From contig NW_004797772.1 of the NCBI RefSeq assembly GCF_000002075.1, forward strand, positions 389,381 to 453,380: 64,000 bases of DNA, in the 5' to 3' direction. The notes beneath the pieces were generated by a model. It was not told where the DNA came from, did no database searches, and worked only from the letters and a program-made list of their open reading frames with translations. Source of the stretch: Aplysia californica. Taxonomy: Eukaryota. A program made the translations under genes and the position numbers. This document shows, one piece after another, positions 51,560-62,382 of this stretch (positions are counted from its first letter, which is position 1; every line of letters begins with the position of its first letter).

Positions 51560-53356
51560 TTACCAGTAAGGAGTAAACAAGCAACCAGGTTCTAGCACAT
51601 AAATTGGATTGCGAGGAGGACAGTATGGTGCGAGTGGTTGAGGTACGGGCACAAATGCAGGCCCTTCTTGGATTTGGTTGCCTCTGTAGTACATTTGACC
51701 TGTATTAGCATTCTGATTATGTCTCCAGGAGTTGTCTATTCTCCTCAGATCTTCACCAGTATTGCAGTAGTATGAATTCAAAGGGAGCCCTATGTGTTTC
51801 TCTCTCTCCTCTTGCATGTCGTAATAGTCAAAATGGTCCAAAATGGAATCGGCGTATTGGAAGCTGTGAATGATACACATCATCTCTTGGCCAGGCTCGG
51901 TATGCACTTCCTGTGCATCATAAGCTGCCATCACTGGTTTGAGTTCATTGCTATCCAAACATATTATCAGGTGATTCAGCATATGGTTTGGTACGTTCTT
52001 CACATAATGCCATTTGACCTGAAACATACCGTAGAACCTGCGGCCCGGAGTCCAGACAGTGGCGTTCTTTGTGTAGTCAATGTATGACATCATTTGAGCA
52101 ATGCCGCAGAAATGTTTGCTCCCTGTGACGGAGTAGAAGAGGTACAGGGGACCCTTTCCCTCCTGTTCACGGAATGCTGTGTCCACAGTTTGATTCCCTG
52201 TGATCGTCGAGCACCAGATTCCGTACTTGATAGAGCGATGAATATTTTCCGCTGTATTTGACTTCATGACAAAGTAGCGGGCTGACTTCAGGTCCAGATG
52301 GAATGCAGCAGGGTTGAAGGCATTGAAAGATTCCATCTGTTTTGAAACAGAGGCAGAGAGATACGCTTCTGGGTTATCTCTTCCAACTCTGTTCGTTGGT
52401 GCTGGGAAAATGCTGACCGGCCCAGCACCTCCGATATTGCAGCTGTCGTAGTGCATAGGAAGTCCTCTGTGGTTCTTTCTCTCCTGCTCCTGCATGTCGT
52501 AGTAGTCAAAGTCATCCAAAATGGAAATGGCGTGTTGGAAGCTGTGAATGATATTCGTCATCACATGGGCTTGCTCGGTATACACTTCCTGTGCTTCATA
52601 GGCTGCCGTCACTGGCTTGAGTTCATTGTTATCCAAACATATTATCAAGTGATTCAGCGTATGGTTTGGTACGTTCTTCACATAATGCCATTTGACCTGA
52701 AACATACCGTAGAACCTTTGGCCGGGATTCCAGACAGTGGCGTTCTTTGTGTAGTCAACATATGACATCATTTGAGCAATGCCGCAGAAATGTTTGCTCC
52801 CTGTGACGGAGTAGAAGAGGTACACGGGACCCTTTCCCTCCTGCTCACGGAATGCTGTGTCCACAGTTTGATTCCCTGTGATCGTCGAGCACCAGATTCC
52901 GTACTTGATAGAGCGATGAATACTTTCCTCTGTATTTGACTTCATGACAAAGTAGCGGGCTGACTTCAGGTCCAGATTGAATTCTGCAGGGTTGAAGGCA
53001 TTGAAAGATTTCATCTGTTTTGAAACAGAGGCAGAGAGACACGCTTCTGGGTTATCACCTCCGCCTCTGTTCGTTATTGGTGAAGTGATGATTGCCCCAA
53101 CACCTATATTAGCCTCACAACTCTTATCAGAATCTACTTCACCTTTCAGACATATTGCACAGCATAAGGAGTTTCCATCGTCACTACTGCTTCTCATGTC
53201 ATCGATGCAGCCGAATCTAGAGGGTTCTGATGGCTGGTCTGGATATTCTTGAGATACTGTCGAGAGAGGTTTGCAGTGATCGTTGTCGTCCTCCAAGATG
53301 TATATGTCAGTACCTTTGGCTTTGCAGAGACTTTGCGCAGCCCCTAAACTGTTCAT
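51560..53356 (-). CDS. YTHDF-derived protein with two tandem YTH (m6A-binding) domains, 598 aa, uninterrupted ORF
   Basis: Two copies of RYFVMKS..IHRSIKYGIWCST..GKGPxYLFYSVTGSKHFCGIAQM..VKWHYVKNVPN..KPV..QEV..SILDxFDYY, the YTHDF-type YTH signature, at about 52538-52960 and 51860-52282. Confidence 0.9.
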   Translation of the reverse strand: MNSLGAAQSLCKAKGTDIYILEDDNDHCKPLSTVSQEYPDQPSEPSRFGCIDDMRSSSDDGNSLCCAICLKGEVDSDKSCEANIGVGAIITSPITNRGGGDNPEACLSASVSKQMKSFNAFNPAEFNLDLKSARYFVMKSNTEESIHRSIKYGIWCSTITGNQTVDTAFREQEGKGPVYLFYSVTGSKHFCGIAQMMSYVDYTKNATVWNPGQRFYGMFQVKWHYVKNVPNHTLNHLIICLDNNELKPVTAAYEAQEVYTEQAHVMTNIIHSFQHAISILDDFDYYDMQEQERKNHRGLPMHYDSCNIGGAGPVSIFPAPTNRVGRDNPEAYLSASVSKQMESFNAFNPAAFHLDLKSARYFVMKSNTAENIHRSIKYGIWCSTITGNQTVDTAFREQEGKGPLYLFYSVTGSKHFCGIAQMMSYIDYTKNATVWTPGRRFYGMFQVKWHYVKNVPNHMLNHLIICLDSNELKPVMAAYDAQEVHTEPGQEMMCIIHSFQYADSILDHFDYYDMQEEREKHIGLPLNSYYCNTGEDLRRIDNSWRHNQNANTGQMYYRGNQIQEGPAFVPVPQPLAPYCPPRNPIYVLEPGCLFTPYW

Positions 53357-54465
53357 GAGCTGCAGATGTGAGGTCTTTTAGCTCTTAGTTGAGTTGTACG
53401 CTGGCGTGACTCTTGAAGCGCTGGTACCCCTGGCATGTCAGTGAACTGCAGCTCCGAGTCTTCTTGCTTTTCTGTGAATGGAGGTTGTGTTTGATGCCCG
53501 CAGAGAATATGCTTGAGGCGAGGTTGTGTCTGGTGCCCAGAGTGAATGTCCCTGAGCCGAGGTAGTTTGTGGTGCCAGTTCCTTAGAATAAGAACCTGCT
53601 TGAGACTGGATCGTTTGCGAGGCCATATGGTTTCAAGTATGTCTCTGTGCCAGAACTGCTTCCATGGTCTTTCGTGTTTACTGACAAGTGCTATCCAACA
53701 TAATCCTGCCCCTAGGCGATGACCCTCTTTGCCGCTGCCTATCGCCTCAGACAGGGACAAATACTGAGAGTGTGGTAGCAAAGGCAACATGAAAGTGATT
53801 TTTTTACTCCTGAGATAACTTTGTATCTTGGACACTCTGTTACTGTCCAGTGTCTCAGACCTCCTGTCATTGTACGCTGTCTCAAATCCAGTGTTACTGG
53901 ATGATGTCTCAGACGCCGTGCTACTGTTTGAGGTTACAAACTCTGTGTTAATGTTTGATGTTTTAAGCCACCTGTTACTGTCTGGATTTTCAAAATCTCT
54001 GTTACTGTTTGGTGTATCAAACTCCCTGTTACTGTTACTGTCAGACATATCAAACCGCCTGTTACTGTTCAGTGTATCAAACTCCCTGTTACTGTTTGGT
54101 TTATCACACTCCCGGTAACTGTTACTGCTCTGCATATTAAACCCTCTATTACTGTCACTGTCCAATGTGTCAAACCACTTGTTACTGTTACTGTCCGGCA
54201 GTTGCCGCCCCTCTGATCCCTTGACACAACCCGACTTCTCAGATTGTCCAGCAGCATGACTCATCTCTGTCCCTGTGAAACGGTCCAACATTTCCGGCTC
54301 ATATCGCTCAGAGTTTCTGAATCCATTCGTTTCTCCTTCACACCCGAAGCCTCCATACCTCTGAAGAGGTTGGTACGAAACTTCCTGTGCCCCATGGCCG
54401 TTGACAGTTACCATCTGCCCCGTCCACTCCTCGCCGTCAGCTGCTGGAGACAAAAACTGCTCCAT
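53353..54465 (-). CDS. hypothetical 370-aa ORF with Ser/Asn-rich tandem repeats, overlapping the YTH ORF start (ATGA)
   Basis: 1113 nt without a stop; NSNREFDT-like repeats; no recognisable domain; may be untranslated or a frameshifted N-terminus. Confidence 0.35.
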   Translation of the reverse strand: MEQFLSPAADGEEWTGQMVTVNGHGAQEVSYQPLQRYGGFGCEGETNGFRNSERYEPEMLDRFTGTEMSHAAGQSEKSGCVKGSEGRQLPDSNSNKWFDTLDSDSNRGFNMQSSNSYRECDKPNSNREFDTLNSNRRFDMSDSNSNREFDTPNSNRDFENPDSNRWLKTSNINTEFVTSNSSTASETSSSNTGFETAYNDRRSETLDSNRVSKIQSYLRSKKITFMLPLLPHSQYLSLSEAIGSGKEGHRLGAGLCWIALVSKHERPWKQFWHRDILETIWPRKRSSLKQVLILRNWHHKLPRLRDIHSGHQTQPRLKHILCGHQTQPPFTEKQEDSELQFTDMPGVPALQESRQRTTQLRAKRPHICSS

Positions 54466-55377
54466 TTCGTTCCGTCTGTACCTCGTTCTTGGTCTCAGTA
54501 TTTGGGTCAGATTCAGTGCTGCCGAAGTATTTATGATTGGAGTAACACGTTTGGGGAATACCTTCAGAGAGTGTTGTTGACGTTGTTGCCCTTCTTGACG
54601 TTTTTGTCCTTCTCTCCATCTTTTGTTTCTTTGTGCATCTAGTTTTTTCTCGTTCCGCTTCTTGTTCTTCTTGTTCTTGCTCTTCTTTTTCTTCTTCTTC
54701 TTCTTCTTCTTCTTCTTCTTCTTCTTCTTCTTCTTCTTCTTNNNNNNNNNNNNNNNNNNNNNNNNNNNNNNNNNNNNNNNNNNNNNNNNNNNNNNNNNNN
54801 NNNNNNNNNNNNNNNNNNNNNNNNNNNNNNNNNNNNNNNNNNNNNNNNNNNNNNNNNNNNNNNNNNNNNNNNNNNNNNNNNNNNNNNNNNNNNNNNNNNN
54901 NNNNNNNNNNNNNNNNNNNNNNNNNNNNNNNNNNNNNNNNNNNNNNNNNNNNNNNNNNNNNNNNNNNNNNNNNNNNNNNNNNNNNNNNNNNNNNNNNNNN
55001 NNNNNNNNNNNNNNNNNNNNNNNNNNNNNNNNNNNNNNNNNNNTTTTTCAACTGGTCGCGGCGGGCAGCCCCAGATTGTCCTGGGGCCAGGGGCTACGGC
55101 AAGACGACTCTGCCTTTTGGTGCTTCTTACCCCGCTGGCCATCACGAGTGTCCGGGGACAGTTGGAAGCTTCCAGTTCTTGGTCAGAAAGGAGACCGGAA
55201 ACGGGAGAGTTGTTGCCCCATGGAAAAGTGTCCGAGACGCCAACGTTTGAGATTGTCGAGAGTCTCCACGTATATCCTGAAGTAATAAAACAAAAAATAA
55301 AGTCAAAAGTTGCCAGCGCAGTAAAAATTCTTACCAAACTTAAAGGTGTGAAATAAAGGAAGTGGGTGCTGCTAAAT

Positions 55378-55720
55378 GGATTCGTCGGTACTCTAGTGGT
55401 TAGGCTACCTGAAACGTAATCGTGTGATTGCGGGTTCGGGGGTTCGAGCCTCAGTTCCGATGCTGTGTCCTTGAGAAAGGCACTTTACACGAATTTGCCT
55501 CTCTTCACCAGGTGGGAATGGGTACCCGGCCGTAGACAGCGAATGATCCTGTCAGTATGTTTGTGTTGTAGCGCCTTTAAAATGTCACCTTGCACGGTAT
55601 GCTTCCCAAGAAGTTGAGATTGTTTCAGAATGCAATTAGCTCTGCTGGGGTAATAAATTAGATTGTAAAGCGCATAGAGCTCGCCCTTGAGTGGGAATTT
55701 GCGTTGTACAAATGCCATAC
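55378..55720 (+). mobile_element. SINE family A copy
   Basis: Same head, central domain and tail as 25131-25483. Confidence 0.8.
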
Positions 55721-55911
55721 GTTATTAGCCAATGGTAGATTCTTCTTTTATTTCCCTCTATTGTTTCTTTTGTCTTATTGTCTGTCTTCATGTCTGTCCT
55801 TTTACCCCCTGCACTAAATAAATATGGTATTGTTTCAATATAGTTCTCTTTGTCTCTTTGTTTCAAAGATATATTTATGGGAGGGGAAAGGGGGCATCTT
55901 TTTTAAACTCT

Positions 55912-56099
55912 TCTGTCCCCGTGGTTTTATGCACCCCGCATAATTTAGCAAAATTTGATCATTTTTTTGCGTAACTTCTGATTATTTTCCTTTATCATAC
56001 TTTGTTTTGTTTTTTAAAAATAGAATCGCATAATTTCACATTTTTGGGCTCAGTTCGCATAATTTCAGATTTTGTCTTTCATAAAACCACGGGGACAGA
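55912..56099. mobile_element. small MITE
   Basis: 20-bp perfect TIR TCTGTCCCCGTGGTTTTATG / CATAAAACCACGGGGACAGA. Confidence 0.7.
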
Positions 56100-56381
56100 G
56101 TAAAGAATTAATTGTTCTAGTTCTGGTGTATGATACAAAAGGCAGGCGCGCAAATAAAAAAAAATGGCGCTATCCCTTTTGTTGTTTTGTGTGGTGTGTA
56201 TGTATGACCCACTTTCTTGTGCACTCGTGCATCGGTGGAAGATTGAAGATCTAGTTCTACAGGTCGAGTGTAGTAGTCGGGAGAGTGAGAGAGAGAGGGG
56301 GGGAGCGAGATGAAGAGATAAGGGACGGTTGTTTGTGAGTGAAATAGAGAGGGAGAAAGAGAGAGAGAGAGAGTGTGTGTG

Positions 56382-56421
<40 letters not shown>

Positions 56422-57085
56422 GTGATTGAGGTGAGGGAGGTGTGAGTGAATTAGTGTGCGTGTGAGAGAGAGGNNNNNNNNNNNNNNNNNNNNNNNNNNN
56501 NNNNNNNNNNNNNNNNNNNNNNNNNNNNNNNNNNNNNNNNNNNNNNNNNNNNNNNNNNNNNNNNNNNNNNNNNNNNNNNNNNNNNNNNNNNNNNNNNNNN
56601 NNNNNNNNNNNNNNNNNNNNNNNNNNNNNNNNNNNNNNNNNNNNNNNNNNNNNNNNNNNNNNNNNNNNNNNNNNNNNNNNNNNNNNNNNNNNNNNNNNNN
56701 NNNNNNNNNNNNNNNNNNNNNNNNNNNNNNNNNNNNNNNNNNNNNNNNNNNNNNNNNNNNNNNNNNNNNNNNNNNNNNNNNNNNNNNNNNNNNNNNNNNN
56801 NNNNNNNNNNNNNNNNNNNNNNNNNNNNNNNNNNNNNNNNNNNNNNNNNNNNNNNNNNNNNNNNNNNNNNNNNNNNNNNNNNNNNNNNNNNNNNNNNNNN
56901 NNNNNNNNNNNNNNNNNNNNNNNNNNNNNNNNNNNNNNNNNNNNNNNNNNNNNNNNNNNNNNNNNNNNNNNNNNNNNNNNNNNNNNNNNNNNNNNNNNNN
57001 NNNNNNNNNNNNNNNNNNNNNNNNNNNNNNNNNNNNNNNNNNNNNNNNNNNNNNNNNNNNNNNNNNNNNNNNNNNNNNNNNNNNN

Positions 57086-57136
<51 letters not shown>

Positions 57137-57191
57137 TCTGTAGCTGTTCGTCTCCGTGTGTGTGAGGATGGATGACTGGATGAAAGTGTGT

Positions 57192-57222
<31 letters not shown>

Positions 57223-57851
57223 ACGATATGATAATAAAAATAACAAGCTTTGTAGGGCTGACAACGCGAAATTTGGCTGAATACAGCAAAAGTATTATTG
57301 TCATGTACAGAGGGGGGGAGAGAGAGTGAGAGAGAATACACACCACGCCACGCACGCGCGTGCACTCAGAGAAAGAGAGAGAGAGAGAAAGAGAGAGAGT
57401 CTTAGAAACTACCCATTGTTTATTATGTGTTTTACTTATACGTCATGTATATATTGATGTGGGCAGTTGGTTGGTACTCTGGTGTGGTTTGCTCTTTCTT
57501 TCTTTTTTTCTTTTTTTTTGTTTTTTTGTTTTTGTTTTTGTGAATGTTACTCTCTTGTAAGAACACACCTATTTTTTGGCACTTATATGACCTTATTGTG
57601 TTGCAATGCCTTAAAACTCTTGCGAAATCTTTTTTTTTAAAAAGTATATTGACACCGAGTCGCTTTTTCATCTATGTAGTATGTCTAGAAAATAATCTTT
57701 CAACAGACATGAAAACCGCCTTTAAAAAAAATAATAATAAAATAAAGTAAAAGTCTGAGGCCAAGATGATCAATGCACGAGAGATGTGGCCACTCTCGGT
57801 TTGTTAGTGATTTTTGGGGGTTTATTTTGTTTGATTGTTGGGTTTTTTTAC

Positions 57852-57893
<42 letters not shown>

Positions 57894-58981
57894 TGTTTTG
57901 GTTTTAGTGTGGGTTTTTTTGTGGAGTATGTGAAAAACACTTCATACATTTTAGGAAATACATTCTTGAGCAGGTTTGCTGGTAGGGCTTATTTTAAGTG
58001 GTAGCCTACTCGTGTGACCTGTTGGGTAGTATATCATGAGGGGAAATGTCTTTTTTTAAGGGGGGGGGGGTTATTTACGCAATGACTTGTTTTAAAAAAT
58101 GGTACATTGTGTGTTTTTAGTTTAGTTTGACTTTCACCATTTTTTAATTATTTTTTTTTTTTAGTCTTTAACCTTTACTTGTGAATTCAATAATATTATG
58201 CTCATTAGCCATGTTCAGCAACTTAAATTGACTATATTCAGCCCATTAGTAATGTAGCATTGTGTATGACGAAATGTATACATTACGTGCCACGGTCGAA
58301 TTGCATGATTTCTCAGAAGTGTGAAATAGTTTGCGCTCGCCTACTTTTGCCACAAACAGTATTGTAATGTAAAAAAAATGTATTGTTATTATGATAAAAT
58401 AAAGTATGTGGGTGGTTGGCGGGTGCTCTGGTGTGGTTTGCTTCTTCTTTTCTGTCAAACATATGTCGTCTTTATCTCCCCTCCTTCTTTTTTATGTTTG
58501 TTACTCCCTTGTAACACCTCTAATCTTCTGGCGCTCATATGACCTTATGCAGTTGCGAGCGCCGAAAAACCTCTACTAAAACAAAAAGCTGTATTGTTAT
58601 GTAAAATTATATATTGTTATTATGATAAAATAAAGTAAGTGGGTGGTTGGCGGGTGCTCTGGTGTGGTTTGCTTCTTCTTTCCAATCAAACATCTGTCGT
58701 CTTTATCTCCCCTCCTTTTTTGTGTTTGTTACTCTCTTGTAACACCTGAAATCTTCGGCTCTTTTATGACCTTAATTGTGTTGCAAGTGCCATAAAATAC
58801 TTACTAAAACAAAAAAATATAGCAAAATGTCATACAAGATGTTTTACGTCTCCATCAACAAAATTTAGATCGTTAAGGAGGTGGGCTGCTTCAACCCATC
58901 TGAGAGGGACACAACATCCTATCAGACAGACGGAAATACCTTTCCTTTTTTTATAGCTACATGGGAATCGATCTAGTGTTT

Positions 58982-59223
58982 GTTTTAGTAGAGGTTTTAC
59001 GGCACTCGCAACTGCTTAAGGTCATATGAGCGCCAGAAGATTAGAGCTGTTACAAGAGAGTAACAAACATAAAAAAATGAAGGGGAGATAAGGACGATAG
59101 ATGTTTGATAGGAAAGAAGAAGCAAACCACACCAGAGCACCCGCCAAAGAGGGTTGATAAAGACGATAGATGTGTGATAGGAAAGAAGGAGCAAACCACA
59201 CCAGAGCACCTGCCAACCACCCA
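58982..59223 (-). mobile_element. family B copy with an internal duplication
   Basis: 13-bp TSD CGATCTAGTGTTT at 58969-58981 and 59224-59236. Confidence 0.85.
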
Positions 59224-60109
59224 CGATCTAGTGTTTTCTGCGAGCGATAGCGAAGCGCGTTACCTCTGCTCCCCATCACTGACGCCGGAAGAGTATATTA
59301 ATATTGTGATATACAGTGACCTACATGTTTATAAATGAAAAGTCTTAACCCTNNNNNNNNNNNNNNNNNNNNNNNNNNNNNNNNNNNNNNNNNNNNNNNN
59401 NNNNNNNNNNNNNNNNNNNNNNNNNNNNNNNNNNNNNNNNNNNNNNNNNNNNNNNNNNNNNNNNNNNNNNNNNNNNNNNNNNNNNNNNNNNNNNNNNNNN
59501 NNNNNNNNNNNNNNNNNNNNNNNNNNNNNNNNNNNNNNNNNNNNNNNNNNNNNNNNNNNNNNNNNNNNNNNNNNNNNNNNNNNNNNNNNNNNNNNNNNNN
59601 NNNNNNNNNNNNNNNNNNNNNNNNNNNNNNNNNNNNNNNNNNNNNNNNNNNNNNNNNNNNNNNNNNNNNNNNNNNNNNNNNNNNNNNNNNNNNNNNNNNN
59701 NNNNNTCTCTTTGCTCAAACAAACAAATAAACCACCGGGGGGGGGGGGTCTGACTAACATTATAATTTTCCCTTTTGGCTTTGTGTCGTGGGATGAGTCA
59801 ATCCATCGGTCTTCTAAAAAAATGTAGGGATTAACCAATAATGATGATAATCTTGTTTTGTTAGGGCAATAGTTTTACGGCGCTCGCAACTGCATAAAAT
59901 CATATGAGTGCGCAGGACATAATTTTGAGTGACCGTACCATGGGCATCTCTTACATAGATGAATTATTAATGTGTCAGATGATGCAGAATTTATTAAGCT
60001 TTAAATTGGTATGCTGCATGAACGGGTTGTTCAAGGCTATACCCGATGATTGGGTGATTACTTTTTAAAGTTTCTTTTGGACGCCACTGTATAACATGAC
60101 AGTAATAAC

Positions 60110-60142
<33 letters not shown>

Positions 60143-61408
60143 TGATTAATAGAATAATTCAGTGATGACATAACTTTGGGTTTTTAATAATAGTAATGTT
60201 GCAGTAATAATAACAATACTGCCAGTAGTAAACATGTTTTCATGGAATGCGCCGACTTGGCACGCTTTCACATGCGAAGTTTTCCACCGTAGATTCATAT
60301 ATCAGTAGTAATAGTTTATTTATAGTACAAGTACAAGCCTGACAACAACAGAAACTACGTCGTCCAAAACTCGTGAATGCTGTCATGAGTGCAACAAGGA
60401 AATGTGTGAACAAGCACTTCCGGGTTTATGGCGGCTGAAGTCAGTCAGCGTATACTGTGATCTTACATCATAGCTATATACATGTATGCATCTTTTTATT
60501 TGTTTTTTTTAATTTCTTTATTTACTTACTTTTGTTGTTTTTAAACATTCTTAGTAACAACTTAAATACACGTAATGGTCAATAATGCCCCGTACTTATG
60601 ATTAGCTCTGTGATTCTTGCTGTACCTCTGCGTCAAGAGATTTTTTTCCCCAATACACCACCTTCCCATAATGTAGGGGGGGGGGCGTTCAATGTTTAAA
60701 TTTTGGGGAATTTGAGGCTTCCCCTGTAGACACCCCCCCCCCCCCAAAAAAGGGGGGGGGGAATATAAATTTGATAAATTTGAAATATCGTGGAAAAATC
60801 AGCAATCCATCTCTGAAATTGAAAGCGATTCAGTGTTAATGTTAATCATGTTTTGTGCTTTTTTCACATCGAAATTCGAGATTGGCGCGTTTCTGATATT
60901 GGTGAACTAAATCTTAATGATTCATCATCATTAATCACAAGACTATTGCATGCCTCGTGTCCGTGAACTGTTCTAACAAGATCCGGCCTTACGTCGTAAA
61001 GAAAATGACGATGGTGGTGGCTAAAATGTGCCTCTAGTAGGTCCTACTTTTTCTTTTCTCCTCTCTGTTCGAACCCTGTCCCTTAAATAACCTAATAGTG
61101 TTAAACCCATACCATTTTTATTTTTTCTTGTTCGAACCATCATACGGAAATCCGAAACACAAATTTGCGTATTGTTTCACAGTATGTTATTGCCTGCTTT
61201 TTTAAAGTTTCAAATTAAGAAGCCAAAATTGAAAAAAAACAAAAACACGACAAACTAACGTGTGATCAAGCACTTCTGGGTTAGGTCTATGGCGGCTGGG
61301 GTCGGTCACTGGTCATGGTTCTTTGGTTTACATGGTGTTGCCTGCTTATTTTTTTTTAATTTCAGTTAAAGGAAACTAAATTTTTAAAAGACATTCAAGA
61401 TACACACT

Positions 61409-61661
61409 ATTCATCGGTCGCTTTTAAGGACAAGCGAGCTAACACAGATTTCGGGGGTTTCCAGAAATCTTGACCTGCATCGAAAGTGGACATTGCTCTT
61501 CCTATAGGAGAAGTTTCATTGGTGTGTATATTTGTTTGGTTATAGAGAAAACTCTCCTTGTCTTTTAAAGAAACTTAACAAGGAGCTTTACCGTCGATTT
61601 TTCTCAAAACAGCATTTCCCGGGATAGCCACCTTGTGCTTAAAAGCGACCAATTGTGAATT
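61409..61661. mobile_element. small MITE
   Basis: TIR core GGTCGCTTTTAAG.ACAAG / CTTGT.CTTAAAAGCGACC. Confidence 0.6.
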
Positions 61662-61769
61662 ATGCTTCTCTTTGTAAGTGCCCTAAAACAATGCGTCTGC
61701 TGGTGTGGTCTATTGACCGGAATGCGCGCAATCAATGAGTTCAGCTCACAAACGTAAGAGGATAATGAT

Positions 61770-62105
61770 AATATAGTGAACATTATTTTGTGTAGCGCAG
61801 ATTCCCAGTGCGCTTTACAATCTATATTATTACCCCGGCAGACCTGATAACATTCTGTACCAATCTCAACTTCCTGTGAAGCATACAGTGCAAGCTGCCA
61901 TTTATAGGCGCTAAAACACTAAGTACTGACCAGATCTTTTGTTGTCTATGGCGATTATATGGTCTATTTGTTATGGGTGTGTCCTGGGTAAAGTGAGGGA
62001 AACTGTTAAGTGCTTTTTTTCAAATGACACAACGTCGGGCCTGCGGCTCGAACCCCAGAACCGCAACCTCACGATTACGAGACTGGTAGCCTAACCACAA
62101 GACTA
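61770..62105 (-). mobile_element. SINE family A copy (diverged)
   Basis: Reverse complement aligns to 55378-55720. Confidence 0.75.
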
Positions 62106-62204
62106 TCGTGCAATCAAACCCAAGCTTAGACTTAGAGCTTGGTAGAAATAAGGACTCAACATGTATGTTTCTACGGATTATGACTTCTAGTATCTTCTAA
62201 CTTT

Positions 62205-62382
62205 TTAGTTTAGTTTTAGTAGAGGTTTTACGGCACTCGCAACTGCATAAGGTCATATGAGCGCCAGAAGATTAGAGGTGTTATAAGAGAGTAAAAAACA
62301 AAAAAGAAGGTGAGATAAGGACGATAGATGTTTGATAGGAAAGAAGGAGCAAACCACACCAGAGCACCCGCCAACCACCCAC
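62205..62382 (-). mobile_element. short retroposon family B (about 180-200 bp; roughly 15 copies in the window)
   Basis: 12-bp TSD TCTTCTAACTTT. Other copies at about 2913, 13380, 15487, 16100/16922, 20912, 40326, 41277, 47068, 47198, 57459, 58407, 58638, 58982 and 63425. Confidence 0.88.

Noticed and set aside
54353-54390. Other CUGANGA...GAAA hits (also about 7690 and 63949)
   Set aside because: No adequate stem I/II pairing, so not hammerheads.
51380-55300. Target-site duplication for the putative YTH retrocopy
   Set aside because: Only an 8-nt ACATTTCC match near 54288, inside the upstream ORF; not significant.
54437-55337. Poly-Glu / poly-Arg ORFs upstream of the YTH locus
   Set aside because: Built on a (GAA)n microsatellite and an N gap; the frame across the gap cannot be determined.
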